Assembly (NCBI GenBank): GCA_043767805.1
Contig: JAYUGC010000089.1
Span: 1 to 30,889 of the forward strand
Direction: 5' to 3'
Source: Pseudomonadota bacterium
GTDB lineage: Bacteria > Bdellovibrionota > FAC87 > UBA2466
DNA length: 30,889 nucleotides
This document shows, one piece after another, positions 17,588 to 25,273 of the stretch. How positions within the stretch are numbered: the stretch's first letter is position 1; the number at the start of each line of letters is the position of its first letter. A program made the position numbers and the translations under genes. Below the pieces are notes generated by a model that saw nothing but the letters and a program-made list of their open reading frames with translations, was not told the origin of the DNA and ran no database searches.

Positions 17588-19375
17588 ATGGGCGAATCAT
17601 CTCAGACAGCGAACGGAACGATGGCCATCCGCCTTTTCGGCGATCAGCTCCTTCGCCTGGGATGGACTTACTGGGCCTTCGCGCTCACCACCGTGGGCGT
17701 GGGTTTGGCGGCCCTTTTACCGGCCCGATTCCTTCAATTCTTCACCGAAAAAACCATCTGGGCTGGCCCTCAGGGACAAGTGGGAGCGCTCGCCGCTTTC
17801 GGCTTGGCCGCCGCCGGAGTCGTTTGGATCACGGGGACCTTCGGCCGGTACTTCGAGGACACCTTCCGCTTTCGCATCGAAGGTGACCTTCGCCGCATCA
17901 TCATTCGGCGCCTCCATCAGATTCCGCTAACCGCTTTGGACGGCTCGGCCCGGGGCGAATGGGTGGAGCGGGTCACGAAAGACCTCACCTCGGTGGAAAA
18001 GTTTTTGGCTGAGGCCTTCCCCCGCCAGATTCGCTACACGGCTTTGTTTCTGGGTGCGGCGGTGCTGCTCTCTCTCCGAGGCGGAGCCGCGGCCGTCGTC
18101 GCGCTAGTGGGCGCGGTGGTTCTCGCCCTCTTTCAAAATTATCTCGAACGAAAAGGCCAACCCCTCAGAGCCCGCGCGGAAGCCGCGCACATGGACTCCA
18201 TGGTGGTCTTGAAAGAAACCCTCGAAGGCCTGCGCACCATCCGATCGCATGCGGCCGAACCCTTTCTCGAACGGCGCTTCGACGCGAAACTTTCGACTCT
18301 CGGTTCGCCGAGCTCAGGGCGTGCTCTCCCTCACGGGTTCACGCTCCAGGTTTTATTCACCGTGGTGCTTGCGGCCGCCGGCTGGGCGGTCGAAGCTGGC
18401 CGCATTCCCGTCGCCGATGCGCTCGTGTTTCCGTTTTTCCTGGCGCTTCTCTACCAAGCGACTTTGGGACTCGTCGAAGCGGCGGCCGAGTGGCGCAAGT
18501 TTCTCGGCAAAGGCGCCCGGCTGGGCTCCGTCGTTTACGGTAAGCACGAGTACGCGCAATCTTGCGAGCCTCAAGGGGGAGTCACCGCGTTCAAGCACGC
18601 GGGCGGGCTTCAGGTGCGCGGGTTGACGCTCGCGGCGGCCGATGACGGCGTCGCGGGCCCGTTTGATTTCTCCATCCGCCGGGGGGAACTTTGGGCCATC
18701 GTCGGGCCGTCCGATTGCGGCAAATCGACGCTCCTCGAAGTCCTCGCGGGGCTCAGGCCCGCGCGGGAAGGGCACGCGCGTCTCCTTCACAAAGATGGGT
18801 CGATCCTTTGGGAATCGCCGGGTAAGGGTGAGCTCTGGCTCCCAGTCGGCGCTTGCGCGTACGTAGAGCCTCGTCCCTTTCTCTTCGAGGGAACTCTTCG
18901 AGAAAACCTCACCTTCGGCAATGCCGATCGGCAGAGCGACACCGTCCTCTGGGATTTTTTGGAGCGCACCGGTCTCTATGAGTTTGCTCGCAACCGGGGA
19001 GGGCTCGACGCGCGCCTCAAGGTGCCGGGGGATGAGCCTCAAAGCGCTGCGGATCAATTTCGGATCGCCCTGTGCCGGGGCCTTTTGACCAAGCGACCTT
19101 ATGTGCTTCTCGATGAGCCCTTCCGCGGGCTGGACGATCGCACCATCGGCTCACTTGCCGCGACTCTCGAGTTCCAAAAACGCTACTCAGGCCTGATTTT
19201 GATCGCGCAGAGCGTGCCTCTGGCGCTTTCCATAGACGGCTTGTTTAGTTTTGAGAAAGCCGAAGACGGCTGGCGAGGTCAGGCCGATGGGCCTGAGATC
19301 GCTGACGACACCGGCGATTTACCCCGGCTCCAGGCGAGCGCAATCAGCGCCCAGCCCGCGACCCCCAGCAGCTGA
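17588..19375 (+). CDS. ABC exporter-like TMD-NBD fusion with degenerate ATPase motifs
   Basis: N-terminal TM helices; Walker A GPSDCGKST, LFEGTLRENL, Walker B VLLDEP. Signature reads QSAADQ, Q-loop YVEP, H-loop LIAQ. Start is 17588 or 17621. Confidence 0.8.
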   Translation: MGESSQTANGTMAIRLFGDQLLRLGWTYWAFALTTVGVGLAALLPARFLQFFTEKTIWAGPQGQVGALAAFGLAAAGVVWITGTFGRYFEDTFRFRIEGDLRRIIIRRLHQIPLTALDGSARGEWVERVTKDLTSVEKFLAEAFPRQIRYTALFLGAAVLLSLRGGAAAVVALVGAVVLALFQNYLERKGQPLRARAEAAHMDSMVVLKETLEGLRTIRSHAAEPFLERRFDAKLSTLGSPSSGRALPHGFTLQVLFTVVLAAAGWAVEAGRIPVADALVFPFFLALLYQATLGLVEAAAEWRKFLGKGARLGSVVYGKHEYAQSCEPQGGVTAFKHAGGLQVRGLTLAAADDGVAGPFDFSIRRGELWAIVGPSDCGKSTLLEVLAGLRPAREGHARLLHKDGSILWESPGKGELWLPVGACAYVEPRPFLFEGTLRENLTFGNADRQSDTVLWDFLERTGLYEFARNRGGLDARLKVPGDEPQSAADQFRIALCRGLLTKRPYVLLDEPFRGLDDRTIGSLAATLEFQKRYSGLILIAQSVPLALSIDGLFSFEKAEDGWRGQADGPEIADDTGDLPRLQASAISAQPATPSS

Positions 19376-20259
19376 AGCAAGTGATGGATGCCGGCCACGG
19401 CGAGAGCCGTCGAAAGCGGCACTCCGAAAAATTTCAAAGCGAATACCATGGCTGCTTCGAACGTGCCCACGTTCGCCACCGATATCGGAATGGCGATGGC
19501 GAGATTCAAAATCACGATGACGAAGAAGATTTCCGAGACCGCCAAGGGATAGCCTTGGCTGGTGGTGAGGATTTCGAGCGCCGCGATTTCCACGATCCAG
19601 CAACCCGCTCCCGCGAGTAGCCCCAGCGCCACGCTCTTTGGCTTAAACACTCCCGCCAAGCCCTCGCGCAATTTGTCCGTCCAGGCTCTTACCTTCGAGT
19701 GCATTTTCGTGGACAAGTGGTTCGCGAGGTAGAGCACTCCTACAAGCCCCGCCGCTATGACCGGGAGCCACCAAAGGGAAAACGGGAGAACGCTTTGAAA
19801 CGCGGGCAGGGTAAGCACTCCGCTAAGCAGGACGACGATAAAGAACCCCGCGAGATCCACGATGCGATCGGCGATGACCCAGCCGGCCCCCCGGGCCACG
19901 AATCCGTGATCGTTGCCGACCGAGCGGCCGAGCCAGAGGATCTTCATGGCTTCGCCGGCTCTCGCCGGGAAAAACATATTGAGGCTATGGCCCACGGCGG
20001 TGGCGAAAGTGACGTCTCGAAAGGACGGCCGGGGACGCACGGGACATAACGCGTACATGCGGGCGATCATGAAAAAGATCTGCCCCATGCCGAGAAGCAC
20101 GACCCAGACGGCGTTCATGAAATGGACTTGGCGCACCGCGGAGAGAATCGCCTCTTTGGAGAGGTCGTGCCGGTTGCGGAGCATCAAATAGAGGGCGAGG
20201 AGCGTTAGTGCCGTAAAAGCGATCTTCAAGACATTGCTCTGACGGGCCGAAAGTCGCAT
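19279..20259 (-). CDS. Lysylphosphatidylglycerol synthase TM-region / flippase-like protein (UPF0104)
   Basis: LNMFFPARAGE, ADRIVD, PISVANVGTFE; about 8 TM helices. Confidence 0.88.
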   Translation of the reverse strand: MRLSARQSNVLKIAFTALTLLALYLMLRNRHDLSKEAILSAVRQVHFMNAVWVVLLGMGQIFFMIARMYALCPVRPRPSFRDVTFATAVGHSLNMFFPARAGEAMKILWLGRSVGNDHGFVARGAGWVIADRIVDLAGFFIVVLLSGVLTLPAFQSVLPFSLWWLPVIAAGLVGVLYLANHLSTKMHSKVRAWTDKLREGLAGVFKPKSVALGLLAGAGCWIVEIAALEILTTSQGYPLAVSEIFFVIVILNLAIAIPISVANVGTFEAAMVFALKFFGVPLSTALAVAGIHHLLQLLGVAGWALIALAWSRGKSPVSSAISGPSA

Positions 20260-20345
20260 TCCCTAAATCCTCGCTTCGCCTGGTACAATAGTGCATTGAC
20301 CCAGCGCGTGCCATCTAATTGGCACCGCCTTATCCCAACTTTTAT

Positions 20346-22292
20346 ATGTGCGGAATCGCCGGATTCGTCGGAAAGCAAGGAACCGTGAGCTCGGTCGAGC
20401 TCGAGGGAATGGCGCAAGCTATTTTGCATCGCGGGCCGAACGATAGCGGCTTTTGGGGACGCTTGAAGTCAGGCGGGCTCGAGCGCTGGCACAGGCCAGG
20501 TGAGAAGCGGGGCGAGTACTCAGTCGCTTTCGGCTTTCGCCGTCTGGCGATTCTCGATCTGTCTCCGAACGGCGCTCAGCCCATGGCGAGCCACGACGGC
20601 CGTTACGTGATGGTCTTTAACGGCCAGATCTATAACTACGTCGAGCTTCGTAAGGAAATGCCGGAAGTGCAGTTTCGTTCCACCGGCGATACGGAAGTGC
20701 TGGTGCACGCCTTGGCCAAATGGGGCATGGACGCGCTCAAACGCTTTCGCGGGATTTTCGCTTTCGCTCTCCATGACACGGTGACAGGAAAAACGTGGAT
20801 AGCGCGTGATCCGCTCGGCATCAAGCCGCTCTATTATTTCGAGGATGAGCGCGGCCTTTTCTTTGGTTCCGAGATCCGCGCGCTCTTGCCTCGTTTCGGA
20901 AAGCCTCAGCTCGCGCGGAAGCTTCTCAGCCGTTACTTGATGTGCAACTGGATTCCAGATCCGGAAACGATGTTCGAAGGGATCCGAAAGCTCGAGCCCG
21001 GCCATTTTTTGGAAATCGACAAGAACGGCCGGGTCGAGGACCGCCGCTACTGGGAATTTTCCTTCGACGTCCAGGATCAGCTTCCGCTCTCGGAGTGGAC
21101 CGACCAGCTCGAAGAGGTTCTGCACAGAGTGGTCGAACGGCAAATGCGAAGCGACGTGCCTCTTGGGTTTTTCCTGAGTGGCGGCGTCGATTCCTCGCTC
21201 CTCACGGCGGAGGCCGCGCGGCTCAAACAACATACGCCGGCCACTTTCACCACGGGCTTTAAATGGTCGAAGGGTGCCTCGGCTCACGACCAACTGGACG
21301 TCGAGAGCGCGCGTGCCATGCGCGAGCATTTCTCTCTCGATTACAACGAGCTCTTGCTCGAGCCGTCCATCGTTTCGATTTTGCCGAAAGTCGTCGCTTG
21401 TCTGGAAGAGCCCATCGCCGATCCCGCCGCCATTTGCAGTTATCTCATCTGTCAGGCGGCGAAGGAAAAATTCACGGTGATGATTAGCGGGCAGGGCGGA
21501 GACGAGCTTTTTGGCGGCTATCCCGTCTATCAAGCCGGCTGGGTGGGCTCGCTCGTGAACCATTTGCCGGGCGCGATGAGAAATTTCGCCGCCGCCGTCT
21601 CCGGCAAGATCCCTTACGCCGTCGGCGGCCGTGAGATTCAGTCCGTGCACCGGGCGCAAAAGATCCTGAGCGCGTCTCGAGAAGCCTGGCCGAATAGTTT
21701 CCTACTCCTTCGCAGTCCCATGCGGCTGGAGCAAATGAGCGCGCTTCTCTCTCCCGAGCTGCGCGGTCAGCAAGAGGCGCCGTTTGGAAGACATCTCGAG
21801 AAGTTCCAGACGGCGAAGGATTGGGATCGCATTCATCAGATGCTGTTCCTCGATTCGAAGACGTACCTACCGTCTCTCAATCTCACTTATAGCGACAAGA
21901 CGAGCATGGCTCACTCCGTGGAGCTTCGCGTGCCGTTACTCGATCAAGAGATCGTCTCGCTCATCGAGCGCGTGCCGAGTCGGTACAAGGCGACGCTCGA
22001 CGGATCTAAAATCCTCCTCAAGCGGTTGGCCGACAGGAAGTTGCCTCGCTCCATCGTGCACCGCCGGAAGATGGGCTTCGGCCTGCCGCTCCGGCAGTGG
22101 TTTCTCGAAGAACTTCAGCCCATGGCGCAGGAGCTGCTCGCGCCCGACCGATTGCGCCGCCAGGGCCTATTCGATCCCGACTTGCCCTCGCAGTGGCTGA
22201 AAGAGCACCGGGAAAAGCAGGCCGATCACTGTATGAAGCTCTACGCCCTGATGACCTTTCAGCTTTGGACGGAAGCTTTCGGCGTCGGTTGA
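20346..22292 (+). CDS. asnB: Asparagine synthase (glutamine-hydrolysing) family amidotransferase
   Basis: MCGIAG (Cys1), HRGP, RRLAILDLS, QPM, FLSGGVDSS, SGQGGDELFGGY, SVELRVPLLD, RRKMGF. Confidence 0.93.
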   Translation: MCGIAGFVGKQGTVSSVELEGMAQAILHRGPNDSGFWGRLKSGGLERWHRPGEKRGEYSVAFGFRRLAILDLSPNGAQPMASHDGRYVMVFNGQIYNYVELRKEMPEVQFRSTGDTEVLVHALAKWGMDALKRFRGIFAFALHDTVTGKTWIARDPLGIKPLYYFEDERGLFFGSEIRALLPRFGKPQLARKLLSRYLMCNWIPDPETMFEGIRKLEPGHFLEIDKNGRVEDRRYWEFSFDVQDQLPLSEWTDQLEEVLHRVVERQMRSDVPLGFFLSGGVDSSLLTAEAARLKQHTPATFTTGFKWSKGASAHDQLDVESARAMREHFSLDYNELLLEPSIVSILPKVVACLEEPIADPAAICSYLICQAAKEKFTVMISGQGGDELFGGYPVYQAGWVGSLVNHLPGAMRNFAAAVSGKIPYAVGGREIQSVHRAQKILSASREAWPNSFLLLRSPMRLEQMSALLSPELRGQQEAPFGRHLEKFQTAKDWDRIHQMLFLDSKTYLPSLNLTYSDKTSMAHSVELRVPLLDQEIVSLIERVPSRYKATLDGSKILLKRLADRKLPRSIVHRRKMGFGLPLRQWFLEELQPMAQELLAPDRLRRQGLFDPDLPSQWLKEHREKQADHCMKLYALMTFQLWTEAFGVG

Positions 22293-22326
22293 ACTGGGGC
22301 CGACGAGGGGGTAAGTTGCCCTCGAA

Positions 22327-23499
22327 GTGCCGCTCATCGTTCAAAAATACGGAGGCTCCTCTCTCAGGACGCCGAATCACATTCGGGCCGCCGCCGAGCG
22401 GATTCGCGCTCTCAAAAACGAGGGAAATGAAGTGGTTGCCGTCGTCTCCGCCATGGGCCGGATGACGGATTACCTCATTCGGCTCGCCGAGCGCACCGTG
22501 GCCCATCCCCCTCAGCGCGAGCTCGACATGCTGATGACCGCGGGCGAGCGGGTCTCCATGGCGTTACTCGCCATGTCTTTGGAGGAATTGGGCGTCCCCG
22601 CGATTTCGTTCACGGGCTCGCAAGTGGGTATTATCACCACGAGCGATCACAACGAAGCGCGCATCTTGGAAATTCGGGGAACGCGCACCCAAGACGAGCT
22701 CAAAAAAGGCCGCGTGGTCATCATTGCCGGTTTTCAAGGGGTGAGCCGCGACAAGGAAGTGACTACGCTCGGCCGTGGCGGCTCGGATACGACCGCGATT
22801 GCGCTTGCCGCCGCCTTGAAAGCGCACCGCTGCGACATCCTCACCGACGTCGATGGTTTGTTTAGCGCCGATCCGCGGATTGTCAAAAACGCGAAACTTT
22901 TGCCGCAGCTTTCTTATAACGAAGCTTTAGAGCTTGCGAGCCTCGGCGCGAAGATGCACCCGAGAAGTCTCGAGGTCGCTCGCCGCTACCAGGTTCCGGT
23001 TCGTATCGCCTCGAGCGCGAACGTTGCCGGCGAAGGCACTAATTTGGTCGATAAAGCACACGGAGAGAATATGGAAGAGACCATCGTTAAAGGCATCGCC
23101 ACGAAGGACGGTTTTACTTACGTCTGCGCGGCGGCGGGACTTGCCGCGCTTCTCCCGGCGATGCGAAAGGGTCGGCTCTCGGTGCGCTTTCTTTCGGCGT
23201 CCGACAACGAGACGCGTTTGGTGTGCGAGGCGGGCAAGGCCTCCACTTTGCGAAAAGAGCTCGCGAGTCTTTCGATTACGGAAACACACGTGCCGGACGT
23301 GGCGGTAATTTCGGCTGTGGGCGATGGCTTCACGGCGTCTTGCGAGCTGGTGCCGGATTTCGTGGACGCGCTGAAGAAGGCGGATATCGAGCCGTTGCTC
23401 ATTTCGATTAGCTCGGTCTCTATTTCGGCGGCGGTTCCCGCCGCGAAGAAGGCGGCGGCGACACAGGCGTTGCATGCGGCGCTAATCGAGCGCGTCTAA
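22327..23499 (+). CDS. lysC: Aspartate kinase
   Basis: VQKYGGSS, VVSAMG, GERVS, AGFQG, TTLGRGGSDTTA, TDVDG..SADPR; divergent ACT region. Confidence 0.93.
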   Translation: MPLIVQKYGGSSLRTPNHIRAAAERIRALKNEGNEVVAVVSAMGRMTDYLIRLAERTVAHPPQRELDMLMTAGERVSMALLAMSLEELGVPAISFTGSQVGIITTSDHNEARILEIRGTRTQDELKKGRVVIIAGFQGVSRDKEVTTLGRGGSDTTAIALAAALKAHRCDILTDVDGLFSADPRIVKNAKLLPQLSYNEALELASLGAKMHPRSLEVARRYQVPVRIASSANVAGEGTNLVDKAHGENMEETIVKGIATKDGFTYVCAAAGLAALLPAMRKGRLSVRFLSASDNETRLVCEAGKASTLRKELASLSITETHVPDVAVISAVGDGFTASCELVPDFVDALKKADIEPLLISISSVSISAAVPAAKKAAATQALHAALIERV

Positions 23500-23500
23500 G

Positions 23501-23592
23501 AAGAATGAGAATGAGAATGAGATCGAGAATGAGAATGAGTCAGGGAACGAGAGTCTTAAACTCATTCGCATTCTCGATCTCATTCTCATTCT
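23501..23592. repeat. (GAGAAT)n hexamer array and its inverted copy, forming a 33-bp stem with a 19-nt loop
   Basis: Arm 23508-23540 AGAAT GAGAAT GAGATC GAGAAT GAGAAT GAGT pairs with 23560-23592 at 32 of 33 positions. Confidence 0.9.
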
Positions 23593-23634
23593 AGTTTTCG
23601 GAAGGTTATTTCTGAGGCTGGTGCGGCGCGCAAT

Positions 23635-23668
23635 AAAAAAGGCGCCTCCCGGATTAAGGGGAGGCGCC
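23635..23668 (-). terminator. Intrinsic terminator (minus strand, possibly bidirectional)
   Basis: GGCGCCTCCC-N8-GGGAGGCGCC 10-bp stem followed by T6 on the minus strand. Confidence 0.85.
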
Positions 23669-23695
23669 CTTATTAATAGCGGGAGGTGAAACCGA

Positions 23696-23734
23696 CTAAG
23701 TCGGGGTCACCTCCGTACTAGGAAAACTCACCAT
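23696..23734 (-). CDS. Candidate 12-aa micropeptide MVSFPSTEVTPT
   Basis: SD AGGGGGTGA, 6 nt spacer, ATG...TAG, inside the candidate sRNA. Confidence 0.3.
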   Translation of the reverse strand: MVSFPSTEVTPT

Positions 23735-23910
23735 AGTACATCACCCCCTATCCTTGGGCCGCTGGCCCAATGGGAGGCCATCTGGCCTCTTACGTAAATC
23801 GTATCATCCGACCTATCCGGCACTAAGCCCATTTTTAAGCAAAATTATAAAGCTTTGAATAACAAGGGCTTTTCCCCCTAATTTCGGGTCCGGCCGGAAC
23901 TAATGCGCCG

Positions 23911-23919
23911 TGCTATAAT
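23911..23919 (+). promoter_or_regulatory. Extended -10 sigma70-type promoter of the tadC-FHA operon
   Basis: Perfect TGCTATAAT about 110 nt upstream of the tadC ATG. Confidence 0.6.
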
Positions 23920-24029
23920 TAAGAGGAAATCCAGTCTTCCCCCGGTTCGGTAAGTCATCAAGTTTGAAGGGCTTTCTTACCGATAAGTCATCTGAAGTCT
24001 CACTGCTAACAAGGCGGGAAGGAAATCGC

Positions 24030-24917
24030 ATGCTGCTCGGGTTTGCCGGCATTTTGATCATGGGAGGCGGCGCTTTTTATCTCGGCTGGAATCTTTTTTC
24101 CGGTCAGATGGAAGCGGCGGCCGCCGCGCGCCTACAAGCCGAGAGAAAACCTGCGAACAATAGCCTTCTCAGAATCAATCGCCCGATCTTCCGCGCGCTC
24201 GTCATGCCATACAGTATGCAGTGGAAGCGCTTTGATAGCTGGAAGAAGAAGCACAAGCGCTTGATCATTTCCGCGGGACTCGAGGACGAGCTCGATGCCG
24301 ACGAGCTTCTCGCTTTTAAGATTTCCATGGGCTTCGTCATTCCGATCGCGCTCGCGCTGTTTGCTTTGGTGAACGGCAGCTCCATCGCGCCGTGGCTCCT
24401 AGCCTCCATGTGCTTTGGCGGTTACATTTATCCGACCGCTTGGGTGAAAGGTTGCCGCAAAAACCGCCACGAAGAGATCGCGCTTCAACTTCCGTTCGTC
24501 ATCGATCTTTTGACCCTCGCCACCGAAGCCGGGCTCGATTTCATCGGCGCGATTCAAAAAGTGGTGGAGAAAACGCGCCCCGGTCCCTTGGTCAATGAGC
24601 TCGAGCGCATGCTCCAGCAGATTCAGTTGGGTACCACTCGAGGCGATTCGCTCAGAGACATGGGCTGGCGCATCGATCTCGGGGAAATTGCCTCGCTCGT
24701 CGCGGTGCTCGTGACGGCGGATCAGATGGGTAGCCCACTCGGCCCCGTGCTCCGCGTGCAATCGGATTTGATTCGGACGCAGCGGTTCACGAAAGCGGAG
24801 AAAAAGGGCGCGGCCGCTTCTCAGAAGCTTCTGTTCCCTTTGATTTTCTTCATCATGCCCGCGGTGTTCATCATGATTTTCGGACCCGTGATCCTGGGTT
24901 TCTTGGGAGTTAAGTAA
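24030..24917 (+). CDS. tadC: Tad/Flp pilus inner-membrane platform protein TadC (T2SS F family)
   Basis: LPFVIDLLTLATEAGLDF, ADQMGSPLGPVLRVQSD, AEKKG...KLLFPLIFFIMPAVF. Confidence 0.9.
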   Translation: MLLGFAGILIMGGGAFYLGWNLFSGQMEAAAAARLQAERKPANNSLLRINRPIFRALVMPYSMQWKRFDSWKKKHKRLIISAGLEDELDADELLAFKISMGFVIPIALALFALVNGSSIAPWLLASMCFGGYIYPTAWVKGCRKNRHEEIALQLPFVIDLLTLATEAGLDFIGAIQKVVEKTRPGPLVNELERMLQQIQLGTTRGDSLRDMGWRIDLGEIASLVAVLVTADQMGSPLGPVLRVQSDLIRTQRFTKAEKKGAAASQKLLFPLIFFIMPAVFIMIFGPVILGFLGVK

Positions 24918-25273
24918 TGCGAAGCGCTGAGCTCAAAATCGGAGAAAAGGTGATCGTGGCCAAGTGCTACGTCGCCGAGGATTTCTTCTCGCGCTTCAAA
25001 GGCTTGATGGGCCGGAAAGATCTCGCCCGGGGAGAAGCGGTCATGTTCCCCAAATGTAACTCCATTCATACGTTTTTCATGCGCATTCCCATCGATGTTC
25101 TCCTCGTTTCAGACAAGGGAGACGTCGTGGAAATTAGGGAAAGTCTGGCTCCCTGGCGGATGCTCATGCCTCGCCGAGGTGTGAAGCATGTCGTCGAGCT
25201 CAGAAGCGCGCTGTCTAAGGAGCTCGGCATCAAGGCGGGCTCGCGGCTGAAACTCTCGGGGGTATGGGATTGA
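24917..25273 (+). CDS. DUF192-family protein
   Basis: FFSRFKGLMGR, SIHTFFMRIPIDV, VVEL; coupled to tadC (TAATG). Confidence 0.9.
   Translation: MRSAELKIGEKVIVAKCYVAEDFFSRFKGLMGRKDLARGEAVMFPKCNSIHTFFMRIPIDVLLVSDKGDVVEIRESLAPWRMLMPRRGVKHVVELRSALSKELGIKAGSRLKLSGVWD

Larger units (their letters stand above)
23635..23791 (-). ncRNA. Candidate structured small RNA (about 160 nt) carrying a micro-ORF
   Basis: Extended -10 TGATACGAT (23806-23798), four consecutive hairpins, then the terminator; no long ORF. Confidence 0.6.

Noticed and set aside
17528..22292. Lasso peptide / RiPP cluster (ABC exporter plus asparagine-synthetase homolog)
   Set aside because: AsnB has an intact Cys1 glutaminase domain; no B1/B2 peptidase, RRE or precursor ORF is visible
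23501..23592. CRISPR array
   Set aside because: Only 6-nt units without unique spacers; no cas genes
23676..23791. Lysine riboswitch, tRNA or c-di-GMP riboswitch
   Set aside because: Lies downstream of lysC rather than upstream; no tRNA T-loop or cloverleaf; I could not match riboswitch consensus motifs by eye (Rfam search still needed)
23958..23986. Sigma-28 promoter TCAAGTTT...ACCGATAA upstream of tadC
   Set aside because: Spacer is 13 nt versus the consensus 11, and a perfect extended -10 is already present upstream
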